A DNA stretch of 64,000 nucleotides from Azolla caroliniana (Eukaryota; Plantae; Polypodiophyta): the NCBI GenBank assembly GCA_043228905.1, contig JBHGNT010000003.1, forward strand, positions 4,154,001-4,218,000, read 5' to 3'. The notes under the pieces were generated by a model that made no database searches, had not been told where the DNA came from, and saw nothing but the letters and a program-made list of their open reading frames with translations. Position 1 is the first letter of the stretch. Each line of letters begins with the position of its first letter. Position numbers and translations under genes: made by a program. Shown here piece by piece: positions 11,521 through 25,388 of this stretch.

Positions 11521-12479
11521 GGTCATATTTAACTATAACTATATATATTTAAAATCATAACTCACATGTGCTTGGTTTTAGAGAAAGTGTGAGAATATTA
11601 AGACATGTTCATAGTTTTTTAAGAGATATATATGTTGATTTTTTTATTATCCTCGAAGGTAAAATGTGACCATAGTGATAGTTGTGCCCCGATGTCCCTT
11701 CTCACATTGAAAAGAGCATGAGCTATGTCATATGGATGTTGGCATCTATGATGTATAAATGAGTGGGCTTTTCGTGTTTGGAGACAAAGAGGGTTTTGTA
11801 GTTCAATGCAAAACATATAGCATAATACATGAAACATGAGATTCGCATATCTCCTAGGACCCAAACCATAATATATTTTTTAAGATAACAAGCTCAATTG
11901 TTAACATTATGTGTGAAAACATATGTGGTGAGGAATATGTGTGCCTTACAAAACCTTCCTTGTCACACCTTTGTTATGAGAATGGAACCACCCTTTTCAT
12001 ATGGAAGAGTATATGTGCTATATTTAGTGTTGAGGATAACTCATATCCTACCCACTCTTGTCATGAAAAATACCGATAAGGTAATTGTAAGGTATAGAAA
12101 TTTAATCTAAGCCCCCCCTCTCTTGTATAAATTATTGAATACATATATAGACCATTATTGTTTGATTAAGGATAATCTTCTCATTGTAATATTCCATCAG
12201 TTGTTATCTTCTTCTCTTTTGGTAAAACTCATCATTATATTAATAAATGTGTGTGAAAAGACTACATTGGTACTGCAATTGAGTGATGTCACCATATATG
12301 GAGCACATATAGTTGGTTGGAAGAGGCCAAAGGGAGAATGAATCATGTCGAGCTATAGTTTGCACAATCTTAGATGATAGGAAAAGAGGGTATCATCTTC
12401 GATTGTAGGAAGGTTTACCTAAAAGGCACAAGTTTCTCTGAATGAAAAAGATTGAACCTAAAGTAACAAGAATGAAGAC

Positions 12480-13910
12480 TAGAAAAGGACTCAAAATACA
12501 TAGCAGGTGATGACCTCTGGGATTGCCTCAAGTTTTAAAATCATGTTTTGGGATTGTATAGGATATCCATGGTTCATAAAGGCTTGGGATTAAGTGATGT
12601 AGAATATTGTATTTCTTGTTGAAACTTGGGAACATGACAGTAAGTGCATACCTAATATTGATCACTACATCATAAAATCTATATGGTCGTGGACTAGATG
12701 TAATATTGGGCGACCAGGAGTGGAATGTGTTTATTGTGAGAGCTTGAAAACTTGCATAGGAGTATGTAAGTATGATGAATACAAAAGATATATGTGGGTT
12801 GAAGTAACATTACATGAAGGTAAACTCTATGTGGCATGTCGTTACATTCCTCGTAGAGAATCCAACTACTATAATGTTTATGACAAGATTCGATGATCCA
12901 TTTTCCAGTGTATGTGCTAACATTCTTACTTATGAGAAGAGTGGAGATGTGTTCATAATAGGAGATTTCAAATGATAGAGTTAAAACTTATCAAAATGTG
13001 GAAGTTAATGATAATGTAATGTTGTCATATTTGAGCATGACTCAGAAGATTGTAATTTGTACTATGTCATATTATGGGTAGGCTTCTCATACACATGCTT
13101 AAATGCACAAACTTGCATAATATATTCTCAATGGTACCCATGCATTCCCGATAACACATGTTGTGACATGTCTTCCAACCTTGGGAGGAAGTGTAGTTGA
13201 CTATGTATTGGTGAATATATGTGATGCATCCATAGTGAATACATTTAGTATGGTCCATAGTCACCTGACCTAGACCACAAGCCCTTATATTTGCACAATG
13301 TAACAAAAACTCACACATTGACCAAAAGAAAAAGAGATACAATATGCGACCTTGCTACGGAAAAGCTAATTTGTAAGCAAATGAGGTTGATAGTTATGTG
13401 ATGAACCTCTCACTTAGTAAAGATGTGCAAACAAATTTCGAACTTTTGAAAGATGTCATTCTCAAGGTAGGGTATCAATATTTTAGTGCATATGTAGGTT
13501 GACATTGGATGCTTAGTTTCCGATGCAATGCTCGATTTGATGAAGAATGCAAGGCTCATCTCAAAATGTTCAAGCTCACTAAAGATAAAAATGAGTCGAA
13601 AGCCCTCACATTATATGAATATCGAAGAATGTTAAGGAGGAAGAAGAAGCAATAGTATCAATTGCAAGAGAAGAGAAAACATAAATGTTTGACTCCAACC
13701 AAAGTTAGTCTGAAGACAACTCTAATTGGGAAATTCAACGATGAAGAGATGAAACAATATGTATGGAAGCTTTATAGCATGATGGTATAATGCCTATGAA
13801 TATATTGAGTATTTAATAGTAACACCGATGCTTTGTTATGGGGTGGAAGTATGGGACGTTTGCATCTTTAAGATCACTTGGAAAGTGTTTGACAATGTCC
13901 AAAAGTATGG
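12480..13910 (+). mobile_element. Degenerate RTE-X-like LINE (AP endonuclease region, large internal deletion, C-terminal RT-flanking remnant)
   Basis: Frameshifted motifs IVFLVETWEHD, YIP, IGDF, GSVVDYVL, DHKP and FDEECK, then TPMLCYGVEVW. Confidence 0.75.
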
Positions 13911-16296
13911 GACTTGTGAATAAGCATTACTTCCATATTCATCATCATGAAGGCCCTTGATGACCCTTTTTGGTGGCAAGCTTCCTTTTCCTTTTTGATA
14001 TATCTATCCTAAGTTTTACCAATTTACATTATCATTTTTATGCCTAACACCTCAAATGACCAATAGTGAGTGCATAATTAGCATGAATCCCAAATCTTAT
14101 GAAGAGATTTCCAAAAAGCCCTAGATCATAGAAGGTGGAGAGTCACAAACGTGCATAATTTGAATAAATCCTAAATCACACAAGCTTAACAAAGGTGTAG
14201 ACAGAGCCACAACAAGCTTATTAAGGTGGTGAACTCACAAAGGCCAAAACCCACAAAAGGATAGAAGTAGTAAGAAAGCTTTTATTCTCTTTGATAAAAA
14301 AATCATAGACTTTTGAAATATGTATACACATTTTCTACCACGATATCCGTTAAATATACATCTTTATTCCCTTTTCAACATGCATCTTTAAAATACCCCC
14401 CCTTTGTACATATACACATTCCGATTATTATGGTTATTATTTTTCCTCTTGTTCTCACACACTTGGATTGAGCAAATCAAGTTACATTTAGTGGCAATTT
14501 CCTTCTTGTACCAATTACATCATAGTGCCAAAAATACAAACATATAAAGAATGAGTGCTGAAATTCTCCATACTATATGTAATAGGAATCTAGGGTGTGT
14601 GATACTTAACTCTTGGTATATGTTGGACATATTTAATCACAGTGAAATTCCTACACTATTGCTATAAAGAATATTTGTTGATCTTTATGTGTTTATGAAA
14701 GGAAACTCTATTGGAATTACAAGGATTTTAGAGCACTAAAGAGGCTTTAAAGAATTTCAAAGTTCTCATGCAAGTCTTTAGATGTTGTATTTGTGAAACA
14801 TCACCATCGTAGACCGTCTCCAAATTCTCTTAATTATGTTCTTACCACAAAATGTCTATTCCAAGCACTTCCAACAAAGTTCTATCTAAAAATTCTATCA
14901 GACTCCTAACAAAGCTTCTACCACTACAACTTTGCCCTCTAATTTTCTTTTTCTTAAGTTTTTTGTATATTTGATGTTTTCACTACGTTACCTAAATCAA
15001 ACTTAGCACATGTCTTTTTCTTATATTCTCTTTTTGCTTTGTATAACCACGATTAATGTATTTTTTGTGTGTGTTGGTGACATGGATAGGCCAAATGCTA
15101 AGGCAAATGATGTGGTGGTTGGCTGATTAGAAACCGCCTAATCATGATTTGTTTACAATTCTTGTGTTCTTAACTTATTCCCAAACATTAAGCTATATTC
15201 TTAAATTTTTCAAAGAGACTCTATTCATGCCTTTAAAAACCAACCACCTTTCAATGAACGTTCAACATTTAAGGCTTCCAATATTTTCTATTTCCACCAT
15301 GTGATCACGACAAACAGATGACAATGTGGAAATAGAAAAGAAATATCAACTTGTTAGTAACATGTATTGTTGAATTGCATTTCAATTGCCATATGATTTC
15401 CTTTGGTGAAAAGGATGTTTATGGGCATACATTCCATAATATCCTAACTTCAAAATGATTATGCCAACTATATTCTAGAAACTTCAAAATTGAATACGCA
15501 CTATACATTGAAAAAACTTCACATAGTCGCGATTGGTGGAATTTTTAGTGTGAGGACATAAACTGTCAAGTTGTAAAGATGTTTATGAAGTGTTGTTTGG
15601 AAGAAGAAATTTCCTCTTGACTATTGAATTCAACACATGGTGATTGAAGTGCACGATAATAATCTACAAAATGCTACAAATTTTGTCGAATTTAGAGTTT
15701 TCTTTAGAATTACAATAAGCCTATAAAAACCTTTACAATTGAGAAAATTAGACTTGTCTTAAAATCATGATAACCATGAAAACACCTAAACTCATTTGAC
15801 AAAAATAGACTTTTCTTGAGAATCACAACAAGCATGAGAACATCTTAATGTTTTATAGAACTAGACTTTTCTTTAGAATGACAATTGTAATATATTATCA
15901 TCGTGTACCTTACTTTTGAAATGAAACTTACTTAAAGGCATCTCATTATCATATCAATGAACCAAAACGCATTCACTATTTCATAATTACTTGTTGATTT
16001 GGAGTTGACACAAGTATTTTTCGTGGATCATATGTCTTCAAATACATATATTGCGAGATTCATAGATATTCAAGAAATAGTTCTTGATTTGTAATTTGGC
16101 CACTCCTACACCTCTAATAGATTCATTTATTAGATTTCATGTTTTGTTTGTTAGATCCTTGATAGTCATGAGTTTGACGTAAACTTTCTTATTATATTGT
16201 TGTCGACAACTTCTCATTTTACTTATTACTTTATCCCAAAATATAGTACATGTGTGAAGAAGTGAAGATACGATATTATTAAATATCTTGTTACGA

Positions 16297-16547
16297 ACAA
16301 ATCTTCTCATCCTAAAGTCGTAAAAAGTACACATAAACCTATTATTTTTATGTACCATTCTATATGGTGGAAGCTTCACACTAAGTTAAACGATCACATG
16401 GCACCCCAAGATGGTTACTAACAAATCTTCTCATTCCAAAGTCACAAAAAGTACACATGAACCTAATAATTTTAATGTACCATTTTATTTTGCATTGTAT
16501 TAGATTGTGGAAGCCACACTACATTAATTGATCACATGACATCCCAA
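16297..16547. repeat. Tandem duplication, ~125 bp x2
   Basis: ACAAATCTTCTCAT...AAAAGTACACAT..ACCTA...GATCACATG.CA.CCCAAG occurs twice. Confidence 0.8.
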
Positions 16548-17492
16548 GTTTTTTGAAGGCATTAAGGTTTGGATACATATTATTTCACTAGTACTACTAG
16601 TGATTAGGTCCCCAACATAATTAAAGTTTCTTCACATATTTTAATTAGAAATTAGTTTTAAATACATATATGATATACATATGTGTGTATTTGTGATGCT
16701 TTAAGTTGAATGCATCTTGAGCTACTGTGAATTGCACATATAAATCATTCATATATGTTTTCTACTCCATTAGGTGTGACATATATTTTAAAATTTCATA
16801 TTGAAACATGAACTAGAAGGCATGATTCAGGGCAACCTATCTTAAAATATAGTTACACTAGCAATGTACGTGGTGGACACTGGATAGTAGTGCCAAAACC
16901 CTAAGATCTACCTTGACTAGCATATCTAAGGTCAAAATGTGTAAGTTGAGTGTGCAATTTTGAAGTGTTCAAATGAATTGATTATGGAACTTAAGGGACA
17001 TTGAAAATGTGTTTATCAATTGACAATACACTAGAACTTAAGGGACATTTCGGATGCATGTTCGCTTGAGTACTTGTGGTAGTGGGACAAAGTTCTTGGA
17101 AATGTGCTTCTAGTGCATGTAGTGGGGTCAGATTGTCAACCCATTAGTCATAGTTGTGATCCATGAATATGTCAACAAGTTGAGCTTTGTGGAAGAGAGG
17201 ATTGAGTAGAAAGTAAAGTTATGGGAACAAAGCGGGTCTGGAAGGACAAGTTCATAGAAAATCATTCGCTAAGTTTTGGAATGATCCAAGTGTTTCTCTA
17301 AGCTTCCACCACATGGATTTGCCAACATATTAGATGGATGTGAAGTTCAACTTTTTGAATGGCTTGGAGGAACCATAAAAAATTGAGACACGTGATTTTT
17401 CCCCGGGTTTTCACATTGTGGCCAAGAATCTTCATGACATCAGCCCCCACCAAACCGCACATCCATCGGTATGTGCCAAGACAAAGGTAAAG

Positions 17493-18139
17493 TGTGAAAG
17501 ATTCTGGCCGCAACGATCAACCCGGCCTTCCGTAATCCGCTTCCTGGCTGTCGTGTCGGCCTCTGTTGGTCCCGAACCGTCGACTTTCGGTTCCTTCCTT
17601 CCGACTCGCGCTTGCTTCTTCGTAGTCTCATTCCGACCTCTCGGTGGGTCGTTCGTCACGACTCCTCCGAACGCATGCTTGCTCTTTGGTCCTCGATCAA
17701 CCATATGCATGCCTCAAGCTCCGTCCCTAGAATCTGTGTCCTCTGCGTCCAAGGAACACCCTTTCACTGGCCCGCTTAGCCTCCTTTTCGCGATGCTCCG
17801 TTTGGGTTTGGTGCCGTTATCCGCCTTCGTTCCCTCGCCCCCACTTGCTCTCACCTTGGGCTTACGCTTCCCACGACAATTGTTGCCACTCCGACTGAGC
17901 CACCGAGGTCTTCGATACAGGTGTGGAGGATCCTTCTCCGGCCTCCAGTGTCCTTCGAGGCCACCGACCCGTGCAATCCACTTCGCGCCTGTACTCCCGT
18001 CTCGACACTTTCATGTGCCGTGTTCCCTCTGACTTCGCCTCGCAAGAAACTCATTCTGCTCTCCTCCTGTGCTTGGCACCGCCGTGCCGAACTTCGGTCT
18101 TTTCTCGTGCTCGTTGTCATGAAGTACGAAAGTGTCACA
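17493..18139. mobile_element. CpG-rich ~650 bp insertion, probable solo LTR / retroelement fragment
   Basis: Sharp GC/CpG island in AT-rich flanks bounded by TGTGA...TCACA; flanks TAAAG / TTAAA are only an imperfect TSD. Confidence 0.5.
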
Positions 18140-18259
18140 TTAAAAGTCTACAATAAGTTAAATATGTAACTAAAATAAAATAAATCTTGATAATATTTTA
18201 TACATAAAGATAATATTAACATTATATGTGGAGGTAAAAAAAATAAAAAATGTTATATT

Positions 18260-18495
18260 ACATGGACCAAAGAGGATTTGAGCCAATAACTCCCCCCACC
18301 TTATGACACTCTAACGTATTTAGCCTATACTAACAATTTACAAGAGATTATATGCATTGTTTTATTTGAAGTAGTATTTTATAGTCTAAATCATGTAATA
18401 CACCATATAGCAAATTACATGGGCAAATGGGGACTTGAACCAACAACCCCAACCCTATGGACATTCAAACCTTACCATTTAGCCTATGCTGGTGA
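18260..18495 (-). mobile_element. Two degenerate tRNA-derived SINE-like heads
   Basis: Minus strand shows A-box-like TAGGCTAAATGG and B-box GGTTCAAGTCC (18425-18490), with a weaker copy at 18265-18330; no complete cloverleaf. Confidence 0.4.
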
Positions 18496-18607
18496 TGTAT
18501 GTGTTATAGTATGTATGGTTTAAACCATGAAATGTACCACATGTGCACCTTATAACACACATGCAAGAGCCTCTCTGCATGTGCACCATATAGCACACAT
18601 GTAAGAG

Positions 18608-18938
18608 TGTTGAGCGGCAAGCTCAATCGGAGCCGAATCGGCTGAATAAGCCTGAGCCTGTGAGCACCCGGTGAGCTAGGGAGCCGGTTAGCCGGATCCA
18701 TCAGTTACCGGAAGACTAGTAGCAACTAGGCTACTAGGGAGTTAATAGTCTCGTAGTTAGTGTCAGACGCTCGAGTGAGCATTGAAGTATGCGGTACTTT
18801 TGTCAGTCCTCTCAGGACTTGTATAAATAGTGTTGTTGAGCACGTTTCATGTACAGAGAACTATTATTGTTTTGTAATAGATTCAAAATGTTCTGCTCTC
18901 TCTCTGTCTCTCCCAAGTACTCTCTGTATTCTGTGTAT

Positions 18939-18983
<45 letters not shown>

Positions 18984-21235
18984 GCTACGTAGCCAAGTTG
19001 TTGTCTTACGCTTCCACACATTCGTTTTAACATGGTATCAGAGCGCGAGGGTTGAAGACCTCTACAGCCGACATTTGCTTTCGCAAGACAAACCCTACAG
19101 GTTGTGAGAACAGAACAGTAGACAGAGAAAAAAAGAAAATAAAAAATGGATAGAAGTATGGCGAGTTCACTTCCTACAGAGAAGCTCGACCAGAGCAACT
19201 ACGCGTCCTGGTCATACAAAATGCACCAGTACCTATTGGGGCATGGGTATTAGAGTTTCGTGGAAGGAATGAATGAGGTAGCACCAGAGCCTGGACACAA
19301 GGACTTCCCAATATGGGAGCAAGGAGCAAGCCGGATATTATACTACCTCACGTCCTGTGTGCACGACCAAATGCTCGGCTACATCAAGGATGCAAAGACG
19401 CTGAAGGAGGCCTGGGAAAATATGCGTAAGATTTTCGTTGCAAGTACCACAACCCGTAAGTTGCAGCTCCGGCAAGAGCTGAACAACATCTGACAAAGAG
19501 ATATGTCGGTTACAGACTACACCACCAAAATAAAGGAGATTTGCGACGCGCTCGGGTCCATCAACGTGACGGTGGACGAAGACGAAATGGTACAAATCTG
19601 CCTTGGTGGTCTAGCGCAAAGCTACGAGCCAATCTGGACAACGATCTGCACTCGGGAGAAACCACCGACCTTCTTCGACTTGCAATTGATGCTGATGGTC
19701 GAAGAAAACCACGCGAGTGGGTCCAGGACCACTCAATCGGACAACCAGATGCTGTACACGAAGGCGGATAGGCCTCGTGGGCGTGAGGGACGAGGTGGGT
19801 TGGCACACACTGGAGGCGGCCAACAAGAGTAGGAAAGAAGGCACAGAGAACGTGCCGACAACAATCCGGGACTTCCACAAGCAAGGGGAGTCAAGGCGGC
19901 GCCGGAGGTTGGCAAGACAAATCCGCCACGGAATGCTAGTACTTTGGCAAAAAGGGCCACAGAGAAAGCGAGTGCTAGAAGAAGCGCGCCGATTCGGACA
20001 TATCTGGATCCGGCAAAACTGGTCGGGAGAACCGGCAAAGCTCGCATGACGCGCAAGGATCGAAAGGATCGGGAACCGGGAAAGCCGGTAAAGGGCCAAC
20101 CTTGGTGATGAAACACAAGGCTAACTCGATGAAGAAGACCACTTCCAAACTGGAGGAAGTATGGTATGTTGATTTCGGTGCGTCGAACCACATGACGAGC
20201 CATGAAGAGTGGTTCTCTTATCTGGAGAAACCGGAACAACCGAGAGTTGTCGAAATCGGATACGACACTGTTCACCCAATTGTGCATATCGGAGAAGTCC
20301 CTTTGAGCCACGTCGGACAGAGGGGGAAGCTGATGAACGTATTACACATTCCGACTATCACGAAGAACCTGGTGTCGGTTGGACAGATTGTCGACTAGGG
20401 GATGTAGGTGCGGTTTATGCACCTTGGGTGCTTCATCGAGGAAGAGGGCCAAATCATTGTGCAAGGGCGCAAAGACGGGAGGATGTTCGTCCTCAACACC
20501 AATGACGTTGGCACCGCGTTGTTCGCCAAAGGATAGAAGATTGAATCGGATATAGATCTTTAGCACAAGCGGATCGACCACGTCAATTAACGGAGGCTTC
20601 AAGATCTGCAAACGAAACAAGTTGTTTTCGGTTTACTGAAGTTCAGTGGCCGGAAGGCCCCAATATGTGAAGCCTGCCAACTCAGGAAGCAACACCAACT
20701 TCTATTCCCCACCGAACGAAACTGGAGCTATAACAACCTCGACCTTATCCATTCGGATGTATGGGGATCGACACAGAACGTTAGTCTTGGCGGGAGTCGA
20801 TATTTTGTCTCCATCATCAACGACTACAGTTGGCACACATGGATCTACCTCATTGAGTGGAAGAGCGAAGTCTTCGAGTGTTTTTGGAACCTACAAAGCT
20901 TGGTAGAACGGGAAACGGAGAGGAAGATCAAGTGCCTCAGGTCAGATGGCGGAAAAGAATATTTTTTCGGCCAATTCAACAGTTATCTTCAGCAAACAGG
21001 AATTCGGCGAGAGTTCAGTTGTAGATACACACCGGAACAGAACGGTGTAGCCGAGAGGAAGAACCGACGAAGGGGGAGACAAGAAGAAGAAAGGAGCCGA
21101 GTCGACAAAGGAAGTCGACACATCCGAACAAGTCGGAACAAGCGGCAACGGCGACAAAGTCAAGGACAACCCGACCGGAAGAAGAAGGCCAAGACCTGGA
21201 CATGGTTCGATGTGGTGAAGGGCCTGAAACTTTAT
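18608..21235 (+). mobile_element. Defective Ty1/copia LTR retrotransposon: 5' LTR 18608-19032, PBS 19033-19044, gag-protease-integrase with stops, RT/RNaseH deleted, no 3' LTR
   Basis: LTR is TGTT...AACA with TATAAATA and (CT)n; PBS TGGTATCAGAGC (tRNA-iMet). Coding motifs: gag LPTEKLDQSNYASWSYKM, zinc-knuckle remnant, protease WYVDFGASNHMT, CEACQL, LIHSDVWG, IKCLRSDGGKEY and TPEQNGVAERKNR. Confidence 0.95.
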
Positions 21236-21512
21236 TTCATCATAGGCCCCTAGTCAATCCTAGAAAAATAAAAGAGGGATGAATCGGATGTGTAAATTTA
21301 CCCAAATAGCTCTTATAATTGAGCAAATGGGGTTGATTTGATCATATAATGAATTGTGTGAATACTACCTCTAGCCAAGGGCATTTGAGAAACTGATGAA
21401 AATGAGAGGCATTTGGGATGTAAAGAAAAACGTGAGTGCTTTAAAGTCTTTTGCTATTTTCCTTTGATATTTTACCACGAATTCTGGCTTACCATATTCT
21501 GTTTGTATCCAG

Positions 21513-24280
21513 AGAGAGCGGCCGAAAAATGTTTTTGCTATACGAGGAGAATGATCAGAAGAAGGTGGTTACCATATAAAGAAGATGTTGGCTTTGTGGC
21601 TTTACCCAAGTCTTGCGCCAAAGAGAAGGACCTTCAAAAAGGCACTAAAATCCATTCCAATATACGAGAACATTATCGGTGACTTGAAATGAGCCCGCAC
21701 ATAGCGAATTCTTTAATTAGCATGTATGCCAAGTGTGGAGATTTCCTGAAAGCAAGAGAAGTCCTCGAAGAGATTCCGACTCGGAATGTTGTCTCTTGGA
21801 ATGCATTGATATCTGGATATACCCATCAAGACCAATTCGACAAAGCATTGAAATGCTTTGAAGAGATTGAGCATGAGGGTCTTTTCCCAGATGAAATTCA
21901 CCTTCATTTGCATGTTAAAATGTTGAGGTGGAACAAGAGCTATAGAGAAGGGAAAATGGATCCATGATCAGATAATGAAGTCTAATTGAGGCTTATTGGA
22001 TAAGCATACTCATGTTGGAAATGCTTTGGTTGATATGTATGCCAAATGCGGTGACTTACAGACAGCCAGAGAGGTCCTCGAGAAACTTCTAGTTCGAGAT
22101 GTAGTCTCTTGGAACACACTAATGGAAGGATATAACCATCATGGGCAAGGTCACAAAGTCGTGGAGTGCTTTGAAAAGATGCGAAGTGAGAATCTCTCTC
22201 CGGATGATGTCAACTTCTTGTCCATCTTGAAAGCGTGTGCTAGCACAAAATCTATAGAAAAAGGCGAACAAATTCATGATGAGATTGTTAGGAAGGGCTT
22301 ACTCGAGAAGAATGTTGTGGTTAGCACTGCTTTGGTGGATATGTATGCTAAATGTGGTATGATGGACAAAGCCAAAGAGGTGCTAGAGGGACTTCTTGTT
22401 CACGATGTAGTTTCTTGGAATGCATTGATCACTGGGTATGCTCAACTGGGCCGACATTATGAAGCCAATATGTGGCTTGAACGTATGAGAACTATGGGTC
22501 TTTCTCCTGATGCCATCTTGAAGGCTTGTGGTTGTATAGAAACTATAGAAAAGGGAAAGAAAGCTCACAATGAGGTCCTTAGTAGGGGATTCTTAGAGGA
22601 GGACACTATACTCGGCAATGCCTTGGTGGTTATGTATGCAAAATTAGGCATGCTTGAAAGAGCTCAGCGTGTTCTAGAAGAACTTCATGTTCGTGATTTA
22701 GTGTCTTGGTCTGCGATGATTGCAGGATATGAGCAACAAGGGCAAGATCATGATGCGGTGAAATGTTTTGAGCAAATGAAGTGCGAGGGCTTCTCACCAG
22801 ATGCAGTCACCTTCATTTCTATCTTGAAAGTGTGTGGTAAAATTGGAGCCATAGACAAGGGTGAACAAATTCATGAAGAAACTTTGAGAAGGGGATTGCT
22901 AGGGAGAGACATAGTTCTTAGTACTGCTTTGGTGGACACGTATGCTAAATGCAGCATAACTGCAAAAGCAAAAGAGCTTCTAGAAAAGCTTCCTGTTCGA
23001 GATTCAGTTTCTTGGAATACACTGATTGCCGGATATATCGAACAAAGGCAAGTTCATGAAGCATTGAAATGTCTAGAAAGAATGGAAAGTGAGGATCTTT
23101 ATCCAAATGTGGTCACATTCATTTCCATCTTGAAGGCATGTGGAAGCATTGGAGACATAGATAACGGAAAGAGAATCCACAGTGAGATTGAAACCAGGGG
23201 TCTTTTACATAAACATGTTTTCCTGGCCACTGCTTTAGTGGAAAGAGAATCCACAGTGAGATTGAAACCAGGGGTCTTTTACATAAACATGTTTTCCTGG
23301 CCACTGCTTTAGTGGATATGTATGCAAAGTTTGGGTTCCCTTCCAGAAGCACATGAAGGGCTTGAAAATCTTTCTATTCGAAATGCAGTATCATGGAATG
23401 CATTGATTGCTGGGTGTGTTGAGCAAGGACAAGCTCATGAGGCATTGAATTGTTTTGAACAGATGCGAAGCGAGGGTCTCGCTGTAGATGTAGCCACCCT
23501 CATATCTATATTGAAGGCATGTGGGGTAGCATAGGGGCGTTAGACAAAGGAACACAAATTCACTATGAGGTTTTGAGAATGGCACATCTGGAAATGGATA
23601 TTTTGATTCAGACTGCCTTGATTGATATGTATGTCAAATGTGGTAGGCTCGATCAAGCCTATGAAGTGCTTGAAAAGCTACCCATTCGAGATGTTGTTGC
23701 TTGGTCAGCACTTATAAGCGGGTATGCTGACCGAAAACAAGGGTATAAGGCAATTGTTTGTTTTGAAAGAATGCAAAATGAGGGTCTCTTCCTTGATGAA
23801 GTTACATTTTTGTGTGTTCTCACCGCATGTGGTCATTCTGGACTCTTGTCTGAGGCTGAAGTGGTGTTTGCAAACATGATAAGAAAATATGGCATTGTGC
23901 CGATGAAAGAGCATCTTACTTGCATGATAATGACTATTGGATGCCCAGGGGATTTTGATAAGACCATGTTGGTGATCGAATCAATGCCATATTCACATCA
24001 TTCGGCTGTTTGTATTGCATTGTTGGGCGCATGTAAGAAATGGGGAAATGTGGAGCTTGGGATGTTAGCTTTTAATCGAGCAATACAACTTGAACACACT
24101 TGTGCCACTACCTATGTTTTAATGGGAGATATTTTTACCTCGTCGGGCATGCAAGAAAATGCCCTAAATATCGGAACCATGAGGTTTAAATACACTTCTT
24201 CGGAGAAGGACCAAGGAAATAATGAGTGGGTGTGGATGTGACTGGGGAGGTTCATTCAGTTTTTTCGAGGAAGGTTACAC
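21513..24280 (+). pseudogene. PLS-class PPR (E/E+ type RNA-editing factor) pseudogene
   Basis: Repeated P-L-S triplets (ALVDMYAKCG, RDVVSWNALI.GY, PDAVTFISILKACG) and an E domain (ALLGACKKWGNVELG...TYVLMGDIF). Lesions: in-frame stop ~21680, frameshifts ~21900, ~23335, ~23525 and ~24225, an in-frame deletion ~22513, and a 74-bp duplication at 23166-23313. Confidence 0.9.
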
Positions 24281-25124
24281 AAGGCATCAATGACATAAAA
24301 GACACCATTTTAGGAGAGTCTCAACATGAATTTTAAAGAGCTCCAATTATGAGCTTCAATGCTTTAATTTACCTTTGTTCAATTATATAGGCAATTTTAG
24401 GTAGCAATGACGAGGTGACAACTTCCCATTGTGGAGATAATTTACTATTTTGGAAAAGAACCTCTTCATTGGTGACGGTACACTTCTTTCCTTTTTAGAA
24501 ATGGAAGGCCTCCTACATAAAGCCCTTGATGCAAGATACATTAACAATTATGTACTCGAACTCTTTTTCCTTTATTGTTACTATAACAATGTTGTTACTT
24601 CAACAATTGTAACGTGCACGTTCTTTTTGTGCATAAGAAAATAGATTTTTTTTTAATCCAAGTTTCGAGTTTTTCTAGAGCATATTTGATGCATAAGAAC
24701 TCTGGTGATTACTACTTCATTCTATTGGACTCGTGTGAGATTGTTAATAACATCAAAAAGACGAGAAAGAAGAAACAATTACATAGAGTAGTTTGCATCA
24801 AAAGTCACAAGTGCAATGTCATGAATTTGTCATAATCAAGTTGTTACATATGTATAGTGATAATGATGATCATTAACTATAACTAAAATTGTAAATGTGA
24901 AGGCTACATAATTGATAGATTTATTTTGCTTCAGTCACAAACTGAAAACATTAATTGATACCATCAAAGAACGAAAATTATTGTGCCAAAGCAAATAAGC
25001 ATGTAAATGGTACATATTATACCACAAAGATTAATGGTTTGTTGGCATTGATGTGCCAAATAATGTGTTTAAGAATTTAAAAGATGTGTTATCAAATTTT
25101 ATTACCGATTTCTCAATGTGTTGA

Positions 25125-25388
25125 TTAACAATTTAATGTTTTAATCACAAATGATTGATATGAAATTACACACTAGAACTAACAATTGCTCAATTAGGTA
25201 GGACTAACGACGATCACTCAATTTTGTAAAATAGGGAAATTTGTGACATCTTAACAACAATTTAATGTTTTAATCACAAATGATTGATATGAAATTACAC
25301 ACTAGAACTAACAATTGCTCAATTAGGTAGGACTAACGACAATCACTCAATGTTGTAAAATAGGGAAATTTGTGACATCTTAACAACA
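25125..25388. repeat. Near-perfect tandem duplication, 129 bp x2
   Basis: ACAATTTAATGTTTTAATCACAAATG...GTGACATCTTAACAAC at 25128 and 25257. Confidence 0.92.
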
